A stretch of 64,000 nt of DNA from Phoronis australis (taxonomy: Eukaryota; Animalia; Phoronida): the NCBI GenBank assembly GCA_002633005.1, contig NMRA01000266.1, positions 515,925 through 579,924 of the forward strand, given 5' to 3'. The position numbers and the translations under genes are program-made. Below are positions 35,476-47,428 of the stretch, one piece after another. Each line of letters starts with the position of its first letter. Within the stretch, counting starts at the first letter, position 1. Below the pieces are notes generated by a model. That model was not told where the DNA came from. It ran no database searches and worked only from the letters and a program-made list of their open reading frames with translations.

Positions 35476-37700
35476 TTACTACAATGAACAAAAAACAAGA
35501 AGAAAATGATGACCTATTCACTTCCCGCACTTTTTATTAACTTATTTCCAGATAAGATCGGTAATGCTTAAAAAACCAACATTAAGCATAACACGAGTTC
35601 ATTGCATTCAAAATGGAGGTGACTTGTCTAAGATTCTAGCAAATAATCTGGTTTTGCGATGTATTCAAAGGGGTAGTGCTGCGTGTGGATAGCAAATAAT
35701 ATTGTTTTGTGATATTTTGTTTTGTGATATTTACAAACGGACAGTGCTGAGTGTGAATATTCATTGATCAGTACGTGTATGCTTGTGTCCATGGAGATAA
35801 AAACAACAACACATTTTAGTTTTTTCTAATATCTTATTCTTAAAAATCATCAGTTTCCGTGGAATGGTACGCTGCTTTTAACTACAGAGTGTTCAATTGA
35901 GACAGGACCCCCGGTGTAAACCAGACATCAGGGTGTCGAAAACAGACTCCTGCACCTTCAAAGCAGCTAACCAGACCGAAAAATACGAACCCCTATCCTT
36001 AAACAGGAATCCCGGGGATCGGACAGGAAACACGTTCAATTTTTAAATTTTCGAAGATTCTACAAGTATTTTCCAGTTTTCGGCATTTGTTTGTTGAAAA
36101 TTGTCAATAATAAAACGTGATTTATGTTATACTGAGTTCGATATTTGATTTCTGTCGATAAAACTCGGACAAATTGTCTGTGGGCGAATTTCAACATAAT
36201 CCGTACTCTCAACACGTTTTTGTCGCGGTGAATATTTAGTAAATTTCAACTTATTCAATAGTTTCTCAAAAATACTTTCAATTATGAAAAACAAAAATAT
36301 TATTTGTGTTTTTGAGTGCCACAGTTGATTAATGCCTTTAAATATCTTCACATAACGGGCGGCGTTTTAGTGTTCCTTGATATGCTTCTCGAGATAACAT
36401 TAAATCATTTTCCGGAATTTGAAATGGATTGCGAGAATTATTCACTCAAAATACATGCACCGTCACCGTTCTTCAACAAGTCATCCTACATTAAAACGGA
36501 AATTGGAATTTCTGAATTCAACGCAGCATCCACGCTCTGCTTTTTTGGTGGATCACTGCAGCGTATTTGTTTTGAAATTCAGTTTGCTGGTATTAAAATA
36601 TTAAAAACTTGTAACCAAATGAAAGCACTTCGGATAATTTGTTGTTTGACATGTACGTAACCCCGGCGTGGAAGAAGAAAAGTTGATTGAAAATGGGGAA
36701 AAAGACACTGGCCAAAAAGGTGACGTAATAGTTCATGGCGCCGAAAGGCGACGCAAAAATCGCATCACAACTCTAGCAGTAGAATAACAACTGTAAAACG
36801 CCGACCAATCATGAGTTGCCATAGTAAAAAAACATACCACAACAACTGTTGAAAGTAGGAAGATTTATCATCATGTGAAATTGAAACGTATCATATGAAC
36901 AGAAAGTGGGAGTTGTGTTTCATATCCTGTTCGACACCGGAATTCCTGTTTTAAAAGCTGTGTTTCGCGTTTTTCGTGTTGGTAAGCTGTTTTGAAGATG
37001 TGGGATTCTGCTTTCGCCTCTGGGACATCTGTTTTATAACAGGTTTCCTGTTTCGGTGAAACACTCTGAAGTAGCGCTCACATCTAAATAATCTTACTGT
37101 TAAATAAAATTGGAATTTTGTGATAAAAATTTTATCAGACAAATCTATGTTATTGAATACCCCACATCAATTTCAAATATTAAACCTTGTGTTACAACAT
37201 ACTATTACGTACTCAAAGAGGCTTTATCGTTTTGCGGCCATAACATAAGTTGGAGATTGCAGTTGAACGGTATAGACGACAGTTTTGACAAGAACCAGGA
37301 AACAACAAAATTCATTGCATTTTGTGATGTTATTACAAGGTCACCTTCTTCACCATTTTAAATGGTTGTACAATTTATGCGTACTAAAACACACGTCTGA
37401 AAATATACAACGCCTAGGATTTGGCTGAGCGATAGACTCAGTAGTGTCCGGCTACGTTTGCGAAGTTAGGCCTTACATGTACATGTATCGTGTCCGATTC
37501 CGCACTCATCCGAGTTAATTTCTTTAAAAATACTTTTCTCACAGAGAATGTCCCTACTTGTTGTGTTACTGTGGACGTAATCATTGGTTGGCCATGTATA
37601 GTATTGTTTGGATAGTAGTGTGCATTTGTAATTACTCCCGTACGTTGTACTCCGACTACTTCTTTGGTCACGTGACATTGACTTTTAAATGCGTTTTCCC

Positions 37701-38464
37701 NNNNNNNNNNNNNNNNNNNNNNNNNNNNNNNNNNNNNNNNNNNNNNNNNNNNNNNNNNNNNNNNNNNNNNNNNNNNNNNNNNNNNNNNNNNNNNNNNNNN
37801 NNNNNNNNNNNNNNNNNNNNNNNNNNNNNNNNNNNNNNNNNNNNNNNNNNNNNNNNNNNNNNNNNNNNNNNNNNNNNNNNNNNNNNNNNNNNNNNNNNNN
37901 NNNNNNNNNNNNNNNNNNNNNNNNNNNNNNNNNNNNNNNNNNNNNNNNNNNNNNNNNNNNNNNNNNNNNNNNNNNNNNNNNNNNNNNNNNNNNNNNNNNN
38001 NNNNNNNNNNNNNNNNNNNNNNNNNNNNNNNNNNNNNNNNNNNNNNNNNNNNNNNNNNNNNNNNNNNNNNNNNNNNNNNNNNNNNNNNNNNNNNNNNNNN
38101 NNNNNNNNNNNNNNNNNNNNNNNNNNNNNNNNNNNNNNNNNNNNNNNNNNNNNNNNNNNNNNNNNNNNNNNNNNNNNNNNNNNNNNNNNNNNNNNNNNNN
38201 NNNNNNNNNNNNNNNNNNNNNNNNNNNNNNNNNNNNNNNNNNNNNNNNNNNNNNNNNNNNNNNNNNNNNNNNNNNNNNNNNNNNNNNNNNNNNNNNNNNN
38301 NNNNNNNNNNNNNNNNNNNNNNNNNNNNNNNNNNNNNNNNNNNNNNNNNNNNNNNNNNNNNNNNNNNNNNNNNNNNNNNNNNNNNNNNNNNNNNNNNNNN
38401 NNNNNNNNNNNNNNNNNNNNNNNNNNNNNNNNNNNNNNNNNNNNNNNNNNNNNNNNNNNNNNNN
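37701..38464. other. Assembly gap (run of N)
   Basis: 764 N; a smaller gap lies at 35220-35227. Confidence 1.
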
Positions 38465-40425
38465 ATAAAAATTCTTTAAATTTTCATAAACGAAAACGAA
38501 ATGATATCTTAGAAACCTTTGTTAAAAAAGACATGGTCACGTGACCAAATTAATAACAGATTGGCAAAAAGTCAAAAATCAAATTTTACAGAGTTTCTAC
38601 TTTCAGAAATACTCACTTTTACAGAGATGAAATATACAGTGTTCTAAATATTTTGCTAAGTACACGGACTTGACGATAAAGTCTCGTGATCTGAAATGGA
38701 CGGCACGTAATAACGGGTTACTGAAACGGACATAAGAATGGATTTAAGGCAGGGGGGAGTGTCCACCTTGCTTGGCTGTCAATGTTGAAATCTTAAGTGA
38801 TACACTTTGAGGTTTTTAACTTTGCCTTATTTTCCGAGCTTGCCGGCGATATCAACCTCAACAAACTCTAAAGCGTGCAACCTTCTCGCTGTATAGTTAA
38901 AAGAACTTATGTCCCATCACAGTAGCAAACGTTTTGTGGCCAATTTTGCGGGCTTTAAAGTGTCTTAAATCATTCTTTGTTTTTGTCAGCTAATGAATAC
39001 CGAGAAATGCAGTTTTGAGAAATATTGGGAATTATAAAAACTTGATATATAATAATAATCATCACTTTTAATAGTATGAAGTCATGTAACCTCGATTTTT
39101 TGTCTGTCACGTTTCTTGAAATAATAAATTTCTTAAATTACAGAAGTATTTTAAACATGACGAATTTTGAAAACTTATATTTTGTAGATTGATTTCTTTG
39201 GATTGGTCGTTAAGTTAATATCCTATAAAGAGCTCTTGGAAATTGGGGGAATTAAAACAAGTTTGACGTAAAAACCAATTTGTAACTGGAAATATTTAAA
39301 CTTGAGAGATTTTGCGCTTGCTTGGTTGAACGTCATATAAGAATAAAAGTTCTAGTACCCTTCCCGATTGCTTCAGTGTCAGCAAGAAGTTACGACTTGT
39401 TAGTATTCATGATTAGTGCGAGGTAGCGCGCGTTTTCAAAATTTGTGCAACGGTGACTATTTGTGCCGCAAGAACATGGAAGTTTAAGAAAACGAATTTC
39501 TTTAGGAACAGTACGACCCTTGTTCCTTCTGCAAGCTCGAATCTGAAACCTTAGAACTTTCCGTTGAAAATAGAAATCCATATGTTCGCAAGAGGTAACC
39601 AAATTCCGAGTTACTAAAAGCGGAATTTTACATTTTGGGAAAATATCCGAACCAGAATATACAGTTTCAAACACATTCATTCAACGAATCTCCTGAAGAA
39701 GACTATAACAAACAATGGGGAATTTTCATACGTCTTTTTGGAGATCGTATTGATTATTTTATGTGTACTTGAATATTTTTTCCTTTTTAGGTTCCACTAC
39801 ACCGTACGCGGTTCTTTTATTGAATAGGAGGAAATATTGCGGAACGAAATCAATAAACTTAAAATACCGCCCCTCCGCAGTACGACAGCCGTCATCACAA
39901 GATAGGCTTACATGCTAAGTGAAATTCTAACATTATTTTTAATCGACCTCGAAGTCATGTCAAACACGATTTTGTCTAGCAACCGCGAAACAGTCAAACC
40001 AGTATATCTTATGTGCAACCAATGGTTGCTGCGGTCATAAAATATGAGATTACAAAAAGAAATTAACAATACTCGTAAACGCTACCTCTTACGTTAGATG
40101 AATTTCAATGTACGCAGAGTCCCTTAAGTCACAGAACAATCTTCTACAAAATCATGAAACTTCAAATCATGGCAGTGTTACACGTTTATTAAAATAAACA
40201 ACTTAAACACTTGTCACCGGTTGGAACTAACTACCACCAAACATCTAACTAATAGTTCATGATTCATTCTATCTATATATTACAACACAAAGATAACGTT
40301 TAAACATAAAACATATCAAAGTGCGCAGACGTAATATATTTTAAATACAAAATATCACTGTGCTTATGATACATATTATATCTACACATGGCGCAGAAAC
40401 TCGCGTTGTTCAGTACTACATAACG

Positions 40426-42402
40426 TTATTCCTCCAAGTACTGAAATGTCTTCACCACACCTGTAATACACTCCACTACAGACACCTGACCCTGGGCCGG
40501 GAGACATAAACCAGTTGGACAGTCGACATCACCAGGGGGCACGATCACGTGTGCACGTGCGTTGTTGTATAAAATCACCTGATGATTGTCATAGTCTGCC
40601 ACCAGAATGTGACCGTGTGGGTCTACACACACACCGCGCGGCCAGTTACTCAGTTGATGGGTCAGTGTGGATACAACGGCCGGCCGTGTCGGGTCTATTA
40701 TGTGAACACGACCGGGGTTAAACTCACTGACCACCAAATGACCACAGTTGTCCATACACACATATCCTGGTGTGAACGTACTCAGTCCCAGGGTGGGGCC
40801 GTCCAACTGTTGGTGAATATCACAGTTAAGATCCGTTATAAGTACCCGTCCCCCGCCTGCATCACACACAACCAGTCTGTCACCGTGACATGTCACATAG
40901 CCCTCACCTTTATACACATCACGACACACCTTCACCACCTCACCATGGCCATCATACCTGACAACACCCTTAATGCCGCGGTCGGTGATGAAGATGTGAC
41001 CATCTTTGTGACATGTCACGTCCCACGGCCTCTGCAGTTTGTGATGAGTTTGTTGTAACTTCAACTTTAGTTTACAGTTGTGTTTGTCAAACACTTTCAC
41101 AGTTTTGTTGTCTGCGTCTGTTACAACAAACCCCCCATCACAAACTGCCAGTCCACAACACCATGACTCACTCTCCCCCTCACCCAGGCTGGTAAAACTA
41201 CCAACACTACCCGCAGGTTCTTTAACAGTCAGTGGTGGAGTGACAGGCTGAACGGGTGATTTGGATGAAAGATGAAGTTGTGACACTTTTGTGTCCATTA
41301 GTTGTGATTCTACAGTAGATTCACTATCAACAGACACGTTAGGTACTGACAGTTCAGGTGGTACAAAGTTAAACACATGTCTATCTGCATTAAGTTCAAA
41401 CTGACTGATATCTAACGATGTCAGAGTGGCGGCCATGTCATGGTACTGTAGAGTTGTTTCAGCAGGATGCGCTCTTTCAACCAGTCTCTTGGCGTATCTC
41501 AATGTACTCATCAGAGACAGTCGACTGTGTTCAGCCGCCTCGTAAGCTGCTTGACTTTGTTTTTGGACCGACTCGAACTTCTCGGTCAGTTTAGTGATCG
41601 CTTCACTTCTCTTAGTTTCCAGTTCGTCGTCAATCTTCTTCTTGAAATCGTCAAAAATTTTGCCGAGTTCTTCAACCTTTCGTTGTAAAAGTTCTTGGTT
41701 CAGTTCCTCGCGAATATTCTTGCGTTCATCTGACAAAGCCTTCGCGTGATCCACTGCGTCTATCCACGGCTCCATCAAAGCTGTGAGCACCTCGATTGCT
41801 TCCTGTGCCGCCTCTTCAATATTCTTCATCTTGTGGTGATCGTGCTCCAGTGCTTTACACAAATAACACACGGGTGTTTTGCATTGGTCGCAGTAAAGTT
41901 CAAGCAACTTGTCCGGATGTTTGGGACAACACACTGTTTGGTGTTCACGTATCGCCTCAAAATGCATGCCAGCTGCGACTTCCTCCAAACTGACCACTTT
42001 GTGGGTTAAAGTGATTCCAGTCTGACAGTGAACGTCCGCACACTTTTTACACAAGTGATGAGCGCACTGTATACACATGAAATCTGCCCCCACTGTGGAT
42101 CCCTTGAAATGACATACATAACAGAAGACATTGGTCGTTTTAGGAACACAGTCGTTCAGGTGATTGATGAAATGATTGAACGCAAAGCCAGCAGCGCCAT
42201 CTTTTGGGATGTCGAAAAGTCGATTACACCGTGGACATGAAAACTTGCCGCCTTTGCCTCGTTTGTCAATAAATGTTTGTAAACATTCATGACAGAACGT
42301 GTGAATACACGGCAGTTGGCGTGGTGTTTTCGGTCTTTCTAAACAGATGGGGCATTCTAACAGCCTTCGAATGTCGTCTGCGTCCTTGGAGCTGATTGCC
42401 AT
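40426..42402 (-). CDS. TRIM E3 ubiquitin ligase, RING-B-box1-B-box2-coiled coil-NHL beta-propeller (TRIM2/3/56-like), intronless CDS, 658 aa
   Basis: RING CPICLE..PCIHTFCHECL..CPRC; B-box1 CYVC..CIQCAHHLCKKCADVH; B-box2 CPKH..LYCDQCKTPVCYLCKALEH; coiled coil; NHL-type repeats (PWDVTCHKDGHIFITD, PRGVCVDPHGHILVADYDNHQV). A splice acceptor TTTCAG lies 18 nt upstream of the ATG, and a minus-strand AATAAA is at 40185-40190. Confidence 0.93.
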   Translation of the reverse strand: MAISSKDADDIRRLLECPICLERPKTPRQLPCIHTFCHECLQTFIDKRGKGGKFSCPRCNRLFDIPKDGAAGFAFNHFINHLNDCVPKTTNVFCYVCHFKGSTVGADFMCIQCAHHLCKKCADVHCQTGITLTHKVVSLEEVAAGMHFEAIREHQTVCCPKHPDKLLELYCDQCKTPVCYLCKALEHDHHKMKNIEEAAQEAIEVLTALMEPWIDAVDHAKALSDERKNIREELNQELLQRKVEELGKIFDDFKKKIDDELETKRSEAITKLTEKFESVQKQSQAAYEAAEHSRLSLMSTLRYAKRLVERAHPAETTLQYHDMAATLTSLDISQFELNADRHVFNFVPPELSVPNVSVDSESTVESQLMDTKVSQLHLSSKSPVQPVTPPLTVKEPAGSVGSFTSLGEGESESWCCGLAVCDGGFVVTDADNKTVKVFDKHNCKLKLKLQQTHHKLQRPWDVTCHKDGHIFITDRGIKGVVRYDGHGEVVKVCRDVYKGEGYVTCHGDRLVVCDAGGGRVLITDLNCDIHQQLDGPTLGLSTFTPGYVCMDNCGHLVVSEFNPGRVHIIDPTRPAVVSTLTHQLSNWPRGVCVDPHGHILVADYDNHQVILYNNARAHVIVPPGDVDCPTGLCLPAQGQVSVVECITGVVKTFQYLEE

Positions 42403-45043
42403 ATTCTATTGGTCAGTGACCTGAAATGTAGAATTAAGTGTTAATGTTTCACAAAGCACTTATGCATACAATGTTTACTGATGATGAGACGTGTTTTCCT
42501 GTATTTCTTTGATGGTAGTTAATAGAAATAGGCATTCCTTTTGACAGTGATGTGACTTTGATGATAGTTAAGTGCTGAGTATGTCTAAAGATTAAGTACA
42601 ATCGCTATGTTTTATTTGTATACTCACACCTTGTGAAGCATACACAGGTGTGAACCTTTTTTATATTGGTGTTCAGTGATTAAATACATGAATTAACAAT
42701 ATTAAACTTTCTAGTTCCTAAGCCAGATTTAGGTCTTTTCTCAAAATGGATGTGACAATACCAATGATGTATTCTCTGTAGCCCACATTTTTCTTTGTTA
42801 TTTCAGCAGGCCAAATCTCAAAAATTAAATGAGGATACTTCACAAAAATTTAACCTGATATTCAATATGTCATGTTGATTCCAATAACCGAAGTCTCAAA
42901 GCTGAAATGAAAACTTCATAAAATGCCATTTCTGAAACAAAAGTGTGCACCCTGAGTGAAGAAATGCCGTTTAGCACTTTTTGGTTTTCACGCCTACAAG
43001 TTTTATTTGAAAAATTAAGGGCCTTCTTCGATCGCCAAGCAGCCTCCATAAATCTAACGGCACATTTAATTAAAATGCCCCTACGGTAGTGTACCAGGGA
43101 CCTCAAGGCCACACCCTTTCAAAATGTACCCCTTCAAAATATAACATTCAAAAAACCGGACCCTAATAAAGCTGGTATTGTTAGTTGTGCTACGGCATGC
43201 CGTCACAGACATGTTGTTCGCATGATAAGTATCTGCTTTGACAACGCAAACAAAACACTTTTTTCATATCGAAACCGATACCAGGAAATAGTGAGTCACC
43301 AGTCTAAGGTCAGGCGCTTGTTCGTGATCTCTATTAGATACCTGTATGTCTACATGAAGGATATACAGTCTTGATGAACAGAATAAGAAAACGACAACTG
43401 AGTGAAATGAACGTCAGAAAACGTGTAGTTTCGTTTTGCAAACCATGAACTGCACAAGTTGGACAGCCGGCTCGCCGGGTTAGCATTTAATTCAGGCCTA
43501 AGTTTCAGTGGTTCAACACAAGGAATAAATGTGCTCAAATCAATCGTGCCAGAAATCAGAACATTTGGACAATATTTAACATATGCAATATAATGAGGTG
43601 ATAGTGAAGTGACCCAGCATGGCTGTGGCAAGCACTTAAGTCGCACAGCACGTATTGAAGCGTAGGCGGCTGTTGTAATTATCAACCGCAAGCGCGACCG
43701 ACATGTTGCCGTCATCGACATTGCCAGCATCACAGACAATTCTAAAATTAATGGTTGAACTGAGCACTGCTTTAATTGCTGAATCAGTTTGAGCCACTGA
43801 ATAAAGGTTAGTATCTACTGCATTCAAAAAGTCAAAGGCAGGAGTCCTCGATTGTCAACTCATGCAAACAGAACAACAGGGTTGAGAAAACGAGCACTTC
43901 GAAAATGAGCGGCCGAACGCGTGATTGAAATGCCAGTCGGAGCGAACGATATAGACCTCACGGCATTTCTTGTGTTCGAGCTGGCATTTGCAGGGCTTGC
44001 GGGGAGTACCGCAGAGTACTTTTCCTTCCAAAAATGAAATGTTTTTATGTTGTGGCGGGACAGCAAGACAAACCCACCAAATCGTAGGCTTACACCACGC
44101 GATGTTCCTTTTTATCAGTCAACGTCATTGGTCGATTTCATCAATTATTAACGTCACCGTTATTAATCATCGTACGTCTGCTCTCGTCATCACCTTCGTC
44201 GTCTCTCTCACGATCGTATCTGTCATCGTCATGTTATCTCGTCCATGTTGACTGATGAAAAAGGAACAGCTTGTGTTGTAGCAAATCGCCGATAGATGGT
44301 GCTAGATATAGTAAGTTCCCTGAAATGGCTGCCGATTTCATGATGCGCGTGGCTAAAGTGGACCAAGTTCGGAATGGCGTAGTTATAGACTAGAATAATT
44401 GAGGGCCATGAAAAGAATTTGTACAGATAGCCAGATGTCTGAGGAATGCAACGATACCAAAATCATTCATTTATACCTACATTTAGTGGATTTATTTGGA
44501 ATAAGTTAGGGTCCATTATATCCGACTAGTGCCGGCTTAGGCTGCGTCCAATTGTTTAACCAAGTAGGTAACTTTAAACAGTTTTTGACGCCGCTAATTA
44601 GTTTTTAATTGAGTTAAGAAGTTGGCAATCAAACGTTTTACAAAATGGCAGCTACAAACCATAGGATGAAAAAAACTCCACCCAGCAGTCCGACAGGTTT
44701 GAAAGATACGTCCATACGTTGTGGTGTCGTGTGAGGATGTGGCGGGATTTATCGTCTGAAAAAAAACACCCCCTGCAGCTCTTCATGTGGCCAATCAACA
44801 AAGGCTTTCATGTCACGTGCTATATATTTTCTATATATAACTCACTTGTCATGTTGCTATTTATGAAGGACTACTACATAACATTTGGTGAAAATGACTA
44901 CGTAAATGTCAGCGGGTATATTAAAATTCCCCGCGTTTCCAAAGAATAATCACAAGATAAAGGAATCATGTGCACAGATGGCGCTATGTTATTGCCAGAT
45001 CTGGGTAGAATCGGTTCAGTCAACGCTAGGACCTCGATAACAT

Positions 45044-45302
45044 CATGCACGCACTCAGCCTTTAGTTTGGGGGGGGGGGCTCGAATTTCTGACCAAGTGG
45101 ACCTTTTGCTAAAAAAAGCCGGATAACTAAAAAACGGGGTACCATTTTCAGTACTGTGAACTGTGCCACTGCGCCTTTTTAGTGGACTTTCGTCTCGTTT
45201 CCTTCTGACTTTTTGTTTCTCTAGGGCGGACCCTTTTCCCCACACCGCCAAAATGGGGGGATACTCGTTCGAGCCCCCCGAGCCCCCCTGGGTGCGCGCA
45301 TG
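45044..45302 (-). mobile_element. Non-autonomous DNA element with 5-bp TSD (AACAT)
   Basis: TIR CATGCACGCACTCAG / CTGGGTGCGCGCATG; inverted homolog of 53895-54167. Confidence 0.75.
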
Positions 45303-47178
45303 AACATTCAAGACTTCGTGAGATTTACATGAGAAACATATGCTACAACTACAAAGATTTCCCTTGCAATTTTGTAGCCAGTCCACAGGCAAAACGTGCC
45401 GCGCATGTCACAGTTTTGACCATTTTTCAAGCTCTTAAGTTTGCCGTGGTAAACCGACACCTCAGCCGAGACCTAGACAGCAGCACCACTATCAACAACA
45501 GAGAAGAGGACAATCCCGAGGGCACATCATCTAAAGAGGAAATCGCCGTCGAAATCCCAACGGCAATCACGAAGGAAGACACACGAATGTACACAGAACT
45601 GATGAGGGCGACTTGGCAACAAATACATGTATGATGGAACAATGTAGTATTACAGACGTGTTCGGTATAAATTCAAATATATCTGCACCAATGCTTGCAG
45701 TGATGCAATGTCTCTAATACCGTCACCCGGGGACCCTACAGCAATGCACACTATTTGGATATAGGACGACATGGCGTAGACGTTTGGTGGCCTACCGCTG
45801 CCAAGCTAAATTTAATTTAATTTAATTGCTAAGAAAACATATGTTTCAAACGTAAATTAGTTTAAAAGTAAAACATTTTCAAAAACAAAATCCGTTAGAA
45901 ATAATTTTGAAAATGTTTCTTTTAAATACGCAAAAAATTTTGAAAGCAAAACGTGTTTAAATAGGAATTTTGATATAAAGCAAATGTCAAAATATTTTGA
46001 AAATAAACAAATTTAGAAACGAAAAAAAAATAAGCTGAAAGTAGAACGAGATTAAAGCGAAAAACGATATCAAGCAATTTCAAAAATATTTTGGAAGCAA
46101 AGCAGTTTAAAAAATGTATCTTTTTAATTTTAAAACCAAACTAAAATCACTATATAGCAGTTATAATACATCGATTGTTTTCAAGTAGTCAGTGAGTGAA
46201 TTGCCCTGCAAACAAAACCAACGTTAGTGTTATGTGACGGGATTAGTCACCTAAAAACAGAAATTAAGCAATTGTAAAAATACATGAAGAGCTTACTCGC
46301 CGTTATCAAAAAAGTCATGAGAAAATTTAGATAGGTTTTGGAATTGTCAGTAATGACAAAAATTTCCGTAACTCATTCCTACCCCGGAAATGAGTGTATA
46401 GACGCAATTGCCATTGCCCGCTTATATTGGCTGGACATGGATCTTCTCATTTTACTTGCCCTAACTTCAACACAATGCGCTCATACACAGAAAAAATACA
46501 GAGATACGCCACGTGACCTGTGAAACATTGAACTTGTGAACATATAGTTGCGAACCTACAAGTACCATTTGGCTGTTTGCATTCTACACAGTTACGAGTT
46601 AATTTACAGTTATTAACCAAGTGAAATTAACGGTTTATTCTTGCCACAAAAATTGCATGTACGTTTTGAATTCTTTGAGTTGATAAGGATGTTGCGTGCT
46701 AGTATAAAAAATATTTCGTGCTTCTGGGTTGCTGTGATAATCTGCATTTTATTTAAGTAGTCTCAGTGTGCTCTCTGTTAAAAACACATTCTTCGCTAAT
46801 TTGCGTCCGCCATTTTATTTCTCCGGCGGGTAGTTAAAAGTCAACTTTACTTCTTTTGCTAAGTTTCAACAGCACATCAAAAAATCATAATTTTGTTTCA
46901 AAATTTTCTGGAAATAAACAAGCAAGTCTGAGTTTTGTACCTTTATATTTATGTACATACCAAGTCTCAATGTGTTGTGACATTAATGATTTTTAAGGAA
47001 GAGCTAGTGTTCAGTAAGGAACAACCCCAGAGTAGGGGCACTCAATTTGAACGAACATGCTTATTGCAAACACATAAGCGTGAGACATTTCTGTGAAACA
47101 AAACTGTTTCGGGCGTCCAATGTTGTTACTGTAAGGTGTCGATTTATGTACGACAGGTCAACATCTGTTTCAAAGGTT

Positions 47179-47428
47179 ACGCGAAACCAAGATATAATCC
47201 GTTAAGTGTGTGTTTCATTAATTGTAGGACGCGAAACCAAGATATAATCCGTTAAGTGTGTGTTTCATTAATTGTAGGACGCGAAACCAAGATATAACCC
47301 GTTAAGTGTGTGTTTCATTAATTGTAGGACGCTAAACCAAGATATAATTCGTTAAGTGTGTGTTTCATTAATTGTAGGACGCTAAACCAAGATATAATCC
47401 GTTAGTGTGTGTTTCATTAATGGTAGGT
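47179..47428. repeat. Minisatellite, 50-bp unit, 5 copies
   Basis: ACGCGAAACCAAGATATAATCCGTTAAGTGTGTGTTTCATTAATTGTAGG repeated. Confidence 0.95.

Noticed and set aside
37558-38544. 328-aa and 259-aa ORFs
   Set aside because: Artefacts of the N gap.
40515-42240. Plus-strand ORFs opposite the TRIM gene
   Set aside because: Antisense shadows of the real CDS.
45329-45634. 101-aa ORF
   Set aside because: No recognisable motif or splice context; it lies among TE debris.
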